64,000 bases of DNA from contig OX597814.1 in NCBI GenBank assembly GCA_951406725.2, forward strand, positions 130,262,001 through 130,326,000, written 5' to 3'. The position numbers and the translations under genes are program-made. The notes beneath the pieces were generated by a model that searched no databases, was not told the DNA's origin, and worked only from the letters and a program-made list of their open reading frames with translations. The number at the start of each line of letters is the position of its first letter. Position 1 is the stretch's first letter. Source of the DNA: Octopus vulgaris (Eukaryota). Shown here in pieces: positions 23,472 to 36,628 of the stretch.

Positions 23472-23769
23472 AGTGATCACCGTGACGGACCAGGCTATCA
23501 GATGTTATTATACATTGCTGGTCACAATGCGCTTCGCATTGTTTTAGCCTTCAAATGACGCCACCCCGCTGGCTAAGCGAGCAGGCCAACAGAAAAAAGA
23601 GTGAGAGAAAGTTGTGTCGAAAGAGTACAGCAGGGCTCGCCACCATCCCCTGCCAGAGCCTCGTGGAGCTTTAGGTGTTTTCGCTCAACAAACACTCACA
23701 ACGCCCGGTCTGGGAATCGAAACCGCGACCGCGACACTGTTGCTCTAACCACTGGGCCACTGTGCCTCC
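23468..23769 (-). mobile_element. tRNA-head SINE family C variant (body Y)
   Basis: Head gaggcacagtggcccagtggttagagca...ggtttcgattcccagaccggg; body shared with 36345-36628 and 52312-52450. Confidence 0.8.
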
Positions 23770-23844
23770 ACACACACACACACACACACACACATACATA
23801 CATACATACATACATACATACATACATACACACATACATACATA

Positions 23845-24008
23845 CGTTCTGAGTTCAAATTCCGCCGAGGTCGACTTTGCCTTTCATCCTTTCGGGGTCG
23901 ATAAATTAAGTACCAGTTAAGCACTGGAGTCGATATAATCGACTTAATCCGTTTGTCTGTCCTTGTTTGTCCTCTCTGTGTTTAGCCCCTTGTGGGTAGT
24001 TAAGAAAT
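23845..24008 (+). mobile_element. SINE family A, 5' truncated
   Basis: Core and tail match the consensus. Confidence 0.85.
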
Positions 24009-24305
24009 ATATATATATATATATATGTTATAAACTGACAAGGCGAGTTAAGTTTAGCCCTCGGCAACTAAGTAAGGGTAACTGATAAGGATAAATGAAA
24101 TCCGAAATCGTCGATGGTCTGACTCTGTCTCACTTGCTGTAGGGGGCTTGTCACTCTTGTCAGTCATTAGATAAGTGCTTGCCTGTGGCTAAAGATGTTT
24201 TGACTCTTATTTCTAGCGACGCTGATGCTGACTTTCATCCTTAGCCACTTGAGGGACGATTGTACTTGTGCCTTTTGGTTGTAAATTGCGAATAGCCACC
24301 TTAAT

Positions 24306-24426
<121 letters not shown>

Positions 24427-25950
24427 CGAGAGGAAGAGAGAATATAGATGATAGTGACTTCGAGGTTTTGGTCAGTAAGCATCGTCGGACTTCTTTTCAT
24501 AATGAACTTGCACTCACCAAAAATATAGAGTAACCTTTTAGATTAATGCAAAAAAGGAACTTTATTATAAGTAAGCATGCACACAAACATACCATACACA
24601 CAAATACACACTCACACACACTCAAATACATACACACACACACACACACATCATCATCATCATCATCAACATCATCATCACCAATTTGCAGCCCATATTA
24701 TGTGCAGAAATAGCCTAAAGTTTGGATTACTTTTATCATAACCGTTATGCCAGAGTAGTCGGTTCTGCACTTAATTTTTATCAATTCTTCTCTCTACTCG
24801 TTTTTCCTCTTGTCATTCTTTCAGATGAAACTCTTACGTTCAAAACTTTAAATGTGTTTCATTTCTCCTGTCTTCCATCTTTAAATTAATAACGCTTACA
24901 TTGTAATATGCTATTTCCGTGTGGTTTTTCTTAAATAGTTTTTTGCTATTCCTTAACAAAACTGATGCATCACGTTATTGTTACTTTACGTTTCCTGTAG
25001 CTATTACGTTTGTCACGGTAAGTTATTACAACGGAAGACGCAGACTAGCGATAGAATAACGCTTCAGCTTCTTATAAATGAAAAAAAACAAGAACACTTT
25101 TACATCACTTGCGTACTATTTCTATCGTTTCTTCATCGAAAGGCATATGTTTGTGCTTATACATGTATGCATGTATGCGTATGCATGTGTGTATGTGTGT
25201 GTAATGCTTGTATGTGAGAGCTACATGTATATGTGTGTGTGTCTAAAGGCCAGTCAACTGTTAGAGAATATCACTGTTTAAAAAGACTGGAGTTTAGAAA
25301 CCGGGAATATACGGAAACGAACGAAACATTAATAACGCACAACACTCAATTTGTTAGTAAAAGAGTAAAATGGCGCTCGAATCACTGAAATTACTATGTA
25401 AAAAAAAACCGAATACAATATATATATATTCAAAAAGAGCTGTTATAGAAATTAATGGAATAAATATGTTGCAATTATAACGAAATATTTCTTTTGTACA
25501 ATACGATTATCAGAAATTGCTATAAGGATGACAAAAATAACGATAAGAGCAATGGTATAATGATATATAATGATATATAAGTATGGCTAATATGGTCTAA
25601 TGTTTGGTGGAATACTTGCTTTTGTTTCGCTATAAATGCTCAGAAGAACTTGATTAGGCTGTATTACACGGACCTATTTGTTCGATTATTATTCGATTAT
25701 TGATTTCTCATATCTATTACTTGTTTTAACTACTGGAATGCAGCTATGCTGAAGACACCACTTTCAAAGATTTAGTCGAACCGACGCCAGTACATTTCAG
25801 GTTTTCTAGTATTTTTTCCTCTTTTCCTATCGGGAGACTTAAACAAACCAATTCTCAACTGGCGATGGTGCTGAGAAAATAACAAACACAAAGAGACACA
25901 CGCATACGTACGCACACACGCACACATACACACACACGCACGCATATATA

Positions 25951-26116
25951 TAGGCGCACGAGTGGCTGTGTGGTAAGTTGCTTGCTTACCAACCACATGG
26001 TTCCGGATTCAGTCCCACGGCGTGGCACCATGGGCAAGTGTCTTCTACTATAGCCTCGGGCCGACCAAAGCCTTGTGAGTGGATTTGGTAGACGGAAAAT
26101 GAAAGAAGCCCTTCAA

Positions 26117-26164
<48 letters not shown>

Positions 26165-26368
26165 TTGTGTGCCTGTGTTTGTCTCCCCCAGCATAGCTTG
26201 ACAACCCATGCTGGTGTGTTTACGTACCCGTAACTTAGCAGTTCGGCAAAAAAAGACCGATAGAATAAGTACTAGGTTTGCAAAGAATAAGTCCTGGGGT
26301 CGATTTGCTCGACTAAAGGCAGTGCTCCAGCATGGCCGCCATCATATGACTGAAACAAGTAAAAAGAC
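25951..26368 (+). mobile_element. SINE family B (tRNA-like head, internal (TA)n(TG)n), full length
   Basis: GGCGCAxGAGTGGCTGTGTGGTAAG...GGTTCAGTCCC...GGGCAAGTG...ATGACTGAAACAAGTAAAA. Confidence 0.88.
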
Positions 26369-26418
26369 TATATATGTATATATGTATATATGTGTATGCG
26401 TGTATATATATATATATA

Positions 26419-26630
26419 TTACTCTTTACTCTTTTACTCTTTTACTTGTTTCAGTCATTTGACTGCGGCCATGTTGAAGCACCGCCTTTAGTCGAGCAAC
26501 TCGACCCCAGGACTTATTCTTTGTAAGCCCAGTACTTATTCTATCAGTCTCTTTTTGCCGAACCGCTAAGTGACGGGGACGTAAACACACCAGCATCGGT
26601 TGTCAAGCAATGCTAGGGGAACAAACACAG

Positions 26631-26671
<41 letters not shown>

Positions 26672-26826
26672 CATATATACGACAGGCTTCTTTCAGTTTC
26701 CGTCTACCAAATCCACTCACAAGGCATTGGTCGGCCCGGGGCTATAGCAGAAGACACTTGCCCAAGATGCCACGCAGTGGGACTGAACCCGGAACCATGT
26801 GGTTGGTTAGCAAGCTACTTACCACA
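26419..26826 (-). mobile_element. SINE family B
   Basis: Reverse-complement copy with (GTAAAAGA)n tail. Confidence 0.88.
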
Positions 26827-26924
26827 TATATATATATATATATAAATATACATGCATAGGTAGATAGATACATACATAAACACACACACATACGTCTGTG
26901 TGTATATATATACAGTTATATATC

Positions 26925-26988
<64 letters not shown>

Positions 26989-27002
26989 CTTCTATCTATC
27001 TC

Positions 27003-27076
<74 letters not shown>

Positions 27077-27905
27077 TATACATTTGTGTGTGTGTGTGTG
27101 TGATATAAAGATAAAGTGCATATTGTAAGGATATATAAAAAAAACTTATAAATCGGAGAAACGAAATAAAATTAGTGAAATAAATATACATTATATATTT
27201 TCTTTCGACATAGTTGTGTATCGTACAACCCGATGGTTCATAAAATTTTATGAAGAAAACAGTATGATGATTTTTACTGTTTCTACGTACTCATGTTTAG
27301 AAACCGGTAATATACGAAAAAGGCCGAGCCATTAATAACATATATTCGCACAATTTGCTAGTAAAAGGCATTATTACAAAGTGATCGAATCACAAAAATT
27401 ATAATTAAAAAGCGGAATATAAAATTAACGTATAACGTATATTATAGTAATTATGGTAATAAATACCTCACAATTTATAACAAAATATATTTCTTTTGTA
27501 GAATATGATTAGCTTAGTGTGCAATAAAGAAGACAAAAATAAGGATTGCAGAAATGATATAACGATATGGAAGAATAGCTAACGTTATTAGCTTGAATTG
27601 GAGTGTATTCCTTGGCTCTCCGATAATTGCTTTGCACAGAACAAAATACACTTGTTCTTTGTCATGTATGTATGTATGTATGTATGTATGTATGTATGTA
27701 TGTATGTATGTATGTATGTATGTATGTATGTATGTGTGTGTGTGTGTGTGTGTGTAAGTATGTATGTGTTTGTGTGTGTGTAAATGAATATATGAACATG
27801 TTAAAGTGTGTATTCATTAATCTATGCATATTCTTGTATTCTGTTATTCTCTAGTTTAAGTCATTGCGGTCATGCTGTGTGTATTTGTGTGTGTGTGCGT
27901 CTGCG

Positions 27906-27968
<63 letters not shown>

Positions 27969-28199
27969 ATATATATATATACATGCATGCATACATTCAT
28001 GCACACACGTAGACACACATATAAATACATACATACATACATGCATACATGCATACATACATGCATGCATACATGCATACATGCATACATACATACATTC
28101 ATACATACTACATACATGCATGCATACATACATACATACATATATACACACATACATACATACATGCATACATACATACATACACACATACATACATTC

Positions 28200-29090
28200 T
28201 TTGTCTGATAACCTTAAATACGTGCCCAAAGAAGTCGCACGATTGCATCGGAACGTATCATGAGATGAAAGGATGAGCTTATATGCGCGGAAGACTATGC
28301 ATGGATTTGCATGGATAGTAGAAAGCTCCGAGATAATAGTAATATTGATCATCAAAGCAGTCTATCATGGCCCAATAGCCGGATTAGTACCTCCCACTTT
28401 GAGGAGTATGCGTTTGCAATCCAGGAACAGGAAATAGCAACCAAGTACCCTATGCACAAAAAGGATAGAGATGCAGGAAAAGCCGTAAAATATGACAATC
28501 GATGCAGACTTTGTGGAGTTCAAATTGAAGATAACACCCATATCATAAGCAGTTGTCTGAAAATGTCATCACGGTATTATCTACCGATGAAACATGATGT
28601 AGCTAGGACACTCAATAATGAAATCTGTCGGAAGGATAACCCCGAGGACAAAGAAATAAGAACCCACAGTATGGTAGAAGCCATAGCCACTCATAATACA
28701 AAAGAGAATGGTGGAATGTCCCAGTGAAGACCTCAATAAAATTTAAGCACAACAGATTTGATATAATGATTTGGGATCGAGAAGAGAAACTGTGTTTAGT
28801 TGTGAAAATTAGCTGCTAAGTGAATGTTAACATAAAGGTGAAGATCAGTGGAAAAGAGAACACCTACGCTGATCTATTGAGAAATTTGCGGTTACTCTAT
28901 CCAGATTATAAGTTCAGGTTAATACCTGTAATTATTGGGGTTCTGGCATATATAACACACTGCCTAAATACCAATGTTGAGAAATTAAGCTTCATAAAAC
29001 AAGAAAGGAGGAAGCTAATTCGAAGACTACTGATCCAATCCATCACTGGAACTGTAAAAAATCTGTAAAACTTCCCAGAAGCTTATCATT
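28200..29090 (+). pseudogene. Degraded R4/Dong-like non-LTR retrotransposon 3' part (CCHC and RLE)
   Basis: AFAIQEQEIATKY, RCRLCGVQIEDNTHIISSC, KHD, NRFDIMIWD, IPVIIGVL; frameshifts and stops. Confidence 0.85.
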
Positions 29091-30365
29091 TAAATATATA
29101 TTAGCATGTCTAGATATGCAAGTATATGCATGAGAACACATACATAAAACAAAATATACAAATCTGCACATATATATACATATATGCGTACATATATATA
29201 AAATACCTTGTTGTTGATAATGTTGAACTTGATGTTGCTTCCAAGGACGGAACCTTCGATCAAAGTTAGAAACCGGCTCCTTCTCTATTGGTAAGAAATT
29301 TTGAAATAAAACTGAAGAATAACATACAAACATGCATACATACATATATGCATACATACATATATGCATACATACATACATACATGCATATATGCATACA
29401 TACATACGTACATACATACATACATACATACATACATACATACATACATACATACATACATACATACATACATACATGCATACATACGCAGAAGTAGGTG
29501 TCTCATGTCGGCCTATCTCGCGATTGAACAGGCAACCAAAGTTGCGAAGTTATCTTTTTTCTACATTGCTATGTATATCCTCACTCACAGAAAATATATT
29601 TATGACTAACATAGTCTAACATACCTTTAGCTTACTAGTATAATTAATATAATTTTGGGTTTTCTCCTCAATTTCCCATTTTATTTTAAGCTTTGAATTT
29701 TAATTTAACCCTTGAATGCTGAGAATATTTCTGAGTTTCTCCGGGATATTAACAAAGAGCAACAGCCATACCCAGGTACTTTGTCAATGGCTGACAAATC
29801 GAATTCATAGCAAATCTTCAAATGTTATAAATGAAATGATTTATTAGATTTGGTTGAACATTTGAATGTAATCCCTATTCCCATTTGTGAATAAGTAAAC
29901 CCGTTTTTAACTTATTTACCATCAGATAACCTATGCGGTTGAGTCTGCGCAAATTATGCCAAGACACGTTGAATAAGAGTTTAAAAGGGATTAAAACAGA
30001 TACGTGGGTCACAAAGAGACTACGAGTGCTCAGATGTCTTGATTAAGATTAGCTATAAATTAAGATATATTTCTGATGAATAGATTACTTATGAAAAACA
30101 CCGCTTATCTATGCATACATAGCTCTAATGTTTAGATTGTGAATAGGAAAATTGGTTAGTGGTAGTGTGTATACACAAATATATTTAATTTAGTTTTGTC
30201 CGTTTCCAAGCTTGAATATGTTAGTGGAATATATTTTTGAAGTTTTGTTTTAGAGCCGGATGCCCTTCTTGTTGCTAACCATTTTCAAGTTAAGGATGTT
30301 TTATTTCACACGCTCGTAGTCATTGGATAACGCGAATGTAAACGCATCCGTATATATATCATATG

Positions 30366-30551
30366 GGTGCTGAGGTATCTGTGTGATAAGAAGCTTGCTT
30401 CCGACCATATGGTTCTCGGTTCAGCCCCACTGCGTGGTACCTTGTGTAGGTATCTTCTACTATAGCGTCGGGCGGACCAAAGCCTTGAGTGCATCTGTTA
30501 GATGGAGTTTGAAAAAAGACTGCCGTCTGTGTGTGTGTACGTGCATGCGTG

Positions 30552-30588
<37 letters not shown>

Positions 30589-30810
30589 TTATATACATGG
30601 TGTGTATGTCTTTGTGTCTGTGTTGTCCCCACATCACCGCTTGACAACCGGTGTTGGTGTGTTTACGTCGCCGTAAACTAGCGTTTCGGCCAAAGCGACC
30701 GATGGAATAAGTACTAGGCTTACAAAGAATAAGTCCTGGGGACGATTTCTTCGACTAAAACCCTTCAAGGTGGTGCTCCAGCATGGCCGCAGACAAATGA
30801 CTGAAACAAA
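30366..30810 (+). mobile_element. SINE family B
   Basis: Colinear with the family B consensus. Confidence 0.82.
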
Positions 30811-32356
30811 AATATGTATATTCTTTTAATCTTTTACTTGTTTTAATCACTTGACTGCGGCTATGCTGGAATACTCCCTTAAAGGGTTTTAGACCTATAT
30901 ACATTTAAAGACACACAGACACATGTATATATATTTATGAATGTATGCCTCTATATTTGTGAGTATATATGTGCAAAATGAGGAAATCAGTGAACTATTG
31001 GCATCAGTTTGGACAACGACAATGAATTAAGGCATTTTAAATGACATTTAAGATGAATCCTTGGTTTATAGAACTTCGCATTCAGAAAAACCAGCCACCT
31101 GCTCTGAGTCGTAAATATATCTTTACATAATTCAATTTATCGCTATATCTCGCATATATAAGCTTTTGCTTATTTTAACTTTTTAGATTTGTGATCTCTC
31201 TCTCTCTCTACCTCTCTCTTTCTCGTTCTCTTTCTTTCTCTCACTTCCTTTACACATATACATTTGTATACACATATGTAAGTGTATATCTGAGTTCGTA
31301 CAAAACGGAGAAACAGAACTCCATATGTTAAATAAGGAATATATATGTATGAGTGCGTTTTTATACATACACATACATATATGTATATATATATGTGTGT
31401 GTGTATGTATATATATGTGTGTGTGTATGTTTATGTGTGTGTATGCATGTGTTTGTGTGTATATGTGGTTATTTATAAACTGTAAAAGTACGTTAGTAAC
31501 TAAAGGGCTTAGTGTTTCGTGCAAAACACTGATCAAAAGTTTGTTAAGTGCTTTGCAAGAAACTCGAGGCTCTTGAGTTGCTTACGTAATATTAAAAGTA
31601 TTATGTATATGAGTGTGTGTGCGTGTGAGCCTGTGTATGAGTATGTGAGAGCCTGTGTATGTGTGTGTGTGTGTGTAAGTATGTATGCATGCATTGCTTT
31701 GTGTGTGCTCGTGTGTATCCTGCGTACGTAACCAATAAATTTTGTTTACGTACACGCAAACGTATAGTTTGATCATTAAATCTTGAATAAATAATGATTT
31801 TCATGTCAAAGAGTGCTTGAACTGGAAGGACAATCCAAATGAATGTATGTAATTCCTGTGAAGCGTCTGTGCTGGCCAAAAACAAGTAAGTTTACATTGA
31901 AGAAGCATAAATTAAGAGAGTAGTTGGAGAAGGTAGTGAGAATTGAATTTCGATAGGTAGAGAAATACATAAAAACAGTAAATAATGGTTGTGGTTCTCT
32001 TTGGTAGAAAGAATGCGAGACAAATGACGAGGAGTAAATGGCCTGAAAGAATAGACAGACAAAAAATCTCAGATAAGAAAGAAGCAGAAAAATTCGAAAT
32101 ACAAAGTAGGAAAGGGATAGTTGCAGGTTAAGCGAGGTTAAAAATGTCTGTTGAAAATTAAGAATAAGAGTGTAATAATAAAGTGATCAAGAAACCACCC
32201 CATACACAAACGCACATACCAGTCACCCATGCATACCAGCCTATCCTTTCTTCTCCACTGACTACCGCCATCACCCTTTGTCTTTTCCCTATCACTTTCT
32301 ATCTAAATAGTTCACTACTTATGTACCTATCTATGTCAAGAATACATATACATTGC

Positions 32357-32617
32357 TTCCAGCACGTTGGGCAAATTTCTTCTACTATAGCAACGGACCG
32401 ACCAAAGTCATGTGAGTGGATTTGGTACATGGAAACTGAAACTGAAAGAAGCCCGTCGTATATATATATATGTGTGTGTGTTTGTGTGTCAGTGTTTGTC
32501 CCTTCCACACCATCGCTTGACAACCAATGTTGGTGTCAGCTAGCGGTTCGGCAAAAAAAAACACCATAGAATAAGTACTAACTTACAAAGAATAGGTCAT
32601 GGGGTCGATTTGTTCGG
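32357..32617 (+). mobile_element. SINE family B, partial
   Basis: ttgggcaaat...gaaagaagcccgtcg(TA)n...ggggtcgatttg. Confidence 0.75.
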
Positions 32618-32924
32618 AGAATCGAAATCACTTCCTCATGATTATGATTGCGACACTCTAAACGCTGAGCTGTGCGCCTCCATTCACCCCCCCCCACACA
32701 CACACATATGTGCACACACACACACATATATGTGCACACACACATATATGTGCTCACATACACATATATGTGCACACACACACACACACACACACAAAAT
32801 GGGAGGGAGATAATGATAGAAAATAATGTGTATGCATTCTTGAGATAGATAGATATATAAGTAGTGAACTATTTAAATAGAAAGTGATAAAGAAAAAGAT
32901 AAAGGGGGATGGTTAGAGGTAAAG

Positions 32925-33149
32925 TACGAAGGAGGGGCTGAAAAGTTTCTGACTTTGGGTAAGAAGAAAATACAGGAGGATCAGTTGATTATAATGTTAT
33001 TGAACATATTCCTCTCTCAGATGTACACACTAATTGCAGCGGTCCTTCAGTATTTCTCAGCCTTGTAAAAGAACTCGAAATGCTGGACCTCGAACGAGGC
33101 TTTTTTGTGATGTTCTTAAAGCTAGGAATTTTGTAGTACCCCATTCGTA
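32925..33149 (-). mobile_element. mariner-derived MITE
   Basis: TACGAAGGAGGGGCTGAAAAGTT ... AATTTTGTAGTACCCCATTCGTA ends; minus-strand remnant CVHLRGEYVQ resembles a mariner C-terminus. Confidence 0.65.
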
Positions 33150-35910
33150 AAGAAATAAGAACTAAGTCGTTAATAGAAAGTGAGATATATATATATAGAG
33201 AGAGTGTGAGTTTGAGAGAAGGACAGAGAGTGTGTTCACGTGTGTATGAGTGTGCGTAAGTGTGTGTGTGATTGAGATGAAGAAAGGAACAGAGTAATAC
33301 ATGTGTCCATGAGAGATAGAGAAAAAAAGCAGAGGTAGAGGGAGTGAAACGGATGTAGGGTTAAAGAGAACGTGCGTGTAGAAATGTGAGACAGTGAGCA
33401 AGTAGAGGGTGGTGAGGAGAAAGGGGAAATAAATGATAGCGATAAAGATATCTCGGAGGTTTGCTTGAAAGAGGATAGTGTGTGTGTGTGTATGGACGCG
33501 CGTGTGTTTATGTGCATGTGCATGTGTGTGTGTGTGTTTGCGTAGGCTTGCGTGCATGTAAAACATTTGTATCCATGCGTGTGGATTTGTGCAATATTGA
33601 GATAGTGTTTGTTTGTGCTACAGACAATGTGTCGAGAGCTAGAGCCAATGTGGCGAGGTAACTAAGAAAAGTAAAAAAGAGAAAAAGAGACAGAGTTAAG
33701 AAGAGTACGATGAAAAACAGAAGTGAAGAAGTGTCTGACAAAAAACTAAAAACAGGAGAGAAATATCTAAAAATAAAGAGGAAGATGAACTATAGTAATA
33801 TTATTTAAAATAATACGAAGCAAGAAATGGTGGAAAGAGAGATTCCGAGCAGTGAATAGGTTCTGTGTTCTCTCGTTGAAAAATCAATCCAAGGAGATCA
33901 GTTAGAATGATAAGAACGTGTTGTAGTAAGTTTAACCGCCTGACAACCGGTGTTGGTGTGTTTACCGCCCAATAGCTTAGCGGTTCGGCAAAAATGATGG
34001 TTAAAATAAATATCATGCTTTAAAGAGAAAAAGGTACTGGGATCGATTCGTTCGACTAAAATCCTCCAAGGCGGTGCCCCAGCATGGCCGTAGCCTAATG
34101 ACTGAGACGAGTAAAAGATAAATACGACGGGATTCTTTTTCAGTTTACGTCTACCCATCGGGTGGCTTTTAAGCTAAGCTCCTGTGGAGGACTCTTCATT
34201 AGGCCTTGGATCCAACAAAGACATTTTGTGCATTGAATACTTATTAAATTTTATTAAACTGGAACAATATTTTTGAATCAATGAACAATTTTCATTAACA
34301 CAATAATATAATTTGTCGACTTGGAACTTATTGCAAAGCTGCACGATAAACAACAGTACAACCACCATCGCCACCACATCTGCCATACATACTTCTGACG
34401 CCACCACCATCAATACCTTTGACTTCACCGCCTACTCCTCCACCACCATCACCATTGTCTTTCACATCGCTTACTCTCACCGTCATCCCTGACCGCCTCG
34501 GCTACCACCACAACCACCAATTTAATGCCGCCTCTGCAACTACAGCTCGTACTATTACTATCACCCCATTACCATCAGTGTTCAGTATGTTTGTTCAATA
34601 TGTTAGTTCAGTATGTTGGTTCAGTGTGCAGTCCCTCTTTCTCTCACATATCCGCTCTTTCTTTCTTTTTTATTATTACTCCAACTGCCACCATTAACTG
34701 CTGAGCTGCTGCTACTGCTGCTGCTGCTGCTACTACTACTACTACTATTACTACTACTACTATCTCTCCAGCTCTCACACTGGCAATAAAGAAATGAGGA
34801 CGGTAATGGTTTTGTCCGAAATAAATGTTTCATTATATACGTCCCTGGTTTTCCTTGTCCATTTGCGAAGTTAATAATTCAATCGAATGCATTGTAGCTT
34901 TTCATAAACTCTAGATTCCTAACCACGACGTTCTGAAGAAATTCAACTAAATGGAAATAGCAGCTATATACGAATGTTAATAACAAAAGTTAAAAATTGG
35001 GACATTGAAACAAGTAAATACATAAAAATATTTTCTGTTTCTTTCATGGAGGAGAAAAATACAAGTATTCTTGGTAAAAAGATTCCTTTCCCTGATATTG
35101 CGATATATGTGTACTTACGTAATATGTACTTACGTTATGTGTACTAACTTATATGTGTACTTACGTAATATATACGTACGTAGGTATGTATAGTACAAGA
35201 CGTGAATAAAGTAAAAAAAGCGCAGAATGATTTACTAACATCTTTACGCCTGTTTCAGTGAGTGTTGCATAATGAGTGCTTAAAATCATTTTACATAATT
35301 CTTACGTGTACATTAGACGTAAAATATCATGGAACACTCATTGATTATAAATCGTGTACTTTAATAGGCATTTTAATAACATTACATACACATACACACA
35401 CGCACACACTCCCAGAAACACATACATATAGATAATTACGTGTGAGAGAAAGTTTTGTACTAGAAGAGAGGTTAATGTTGATATCTGCATGAACTTATAG
35501 TCGATTTAGACGTCTGTAGTCAGTGATTGGTATTCATATTATTGATCTTCTTGGAGAAGTTAAAGGCAATGTTAACCTGTAGACATCGACATTGAAAGAG
35601 CATAGAGTTCTGTACATAAGATTAGAGTTGTATTGTCCAAAGCCCTGTCTCAATAATAAATGTAATTCTGTTAATGTCAATTTTCATATAAGTATGATGA
35701 CAAAGAATTGATAATATAACAAAAGGAAAATGCTTTTCGCAGAACTCATTTACTTTTCTATGCAGTAACATATTTAACGTAGCCGGCCAATAAATTTTCA
35801 GTAATAAAAGTTTTCTTGGTACAGGGCATTATTTATGCTATAACCGAACCTACCATTTAGCCCTTGTTTTTTTTTCCTCCTTCTTTATGATTCACTCCTG
35901 TGTGCTTAAG

Positions 35911-36160
35911 CGGAGGCGCGTGGTTTAGTGGTTAGGGTGTCAACATCATGATCTAAGATTTTGGTTTCGATCCCTGGACCGGGCGACGCGTTGTGTTCTT
36001 GAGCAAAACACTTCATTTCACGTTGCTCCAGTCCACTCCGCTGGCAAAAATGAGTAACGCTGTGATGGACTGGCGTCCCGTTCAGCTGGCGAACACATAC
36101 GCCATAGAAATCGGGCCTATGAGCCTGGCTAGGCTTTAAAAGGACGCATTTATTATTATT
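35911..36160 (+). mobile_element. tRNA-head SINE family C (tail type 2)
   Basis: GGAGGCGCGTGGTTTAGTGGTTAGG...GGTTTCGATCCCTGG head; cctgtgtgcttaag duplicated on both flanks. Confidence 0.88.
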
Positions 36161-36344
36161 TTTTTTCCTGTGTGCTTAAGTTTTTTTAGGTCTCTATGTT
36201 TTAAATCCAAACTGTAGAATACCAAGATTAATTCTAGTTCATGCTGTTGATGTTGTTTGAACTGCATGTTAGCCTTGATTGAATAGACCTATGATGTAAA
36301 GTGTTTTACAACTTTGACCAACCAGTTTTTTTTCATTAGATTGC

Positions 36345-36628
36345 TGTTGTTTGTTCCTTCTCGAGCCACGTCTGGCTCATCAGGGCAGGTTTCCCGGTTT
36401 CCTTGGCGTATAGGTTCCCCACCTGGACGGGACGCCGGTCCGTCGCAGGTGAGCTGCAAGATGCAGGAGTAAAGAGTGAGAGAAGGTTGTGGCGAAAGAG
36501 TCAGCAGAAGTTCGCCAGCAGAAGTTAGGTGCTTCGCTCATAAACACCCACATCGCCCGGTCTGAGATTCGAACCCGCGATCCCTCGACCGCGAACCCGC
36601 TGCTCTAACCATTAGGCCACGTGCCTCC
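36345..36628 (-). mobile_element. tRNA-head SINE family C variant (body Y)
   Basis: Head gaggcacgtggcctaatggttagagcagcgggttcgcggtcg...ggttcgaatctc with A and B boxes. Confidence 0.85.

Noticed and set aside
35911-35985. tRNA genes at SINE heads
   Set aside because: A/B boxes are present but there is no complete acceptor stem, and each continues into a SINE body.
36352-36390. CTGATGAGCCA-gacg-TGGCTCGAGA on the minus strand as a hammerhead
   Set aside because: The hairpin consumes the GA of the core, there is no GAAA and no stem I or III; it is a SINE 3' tail stem-loop.
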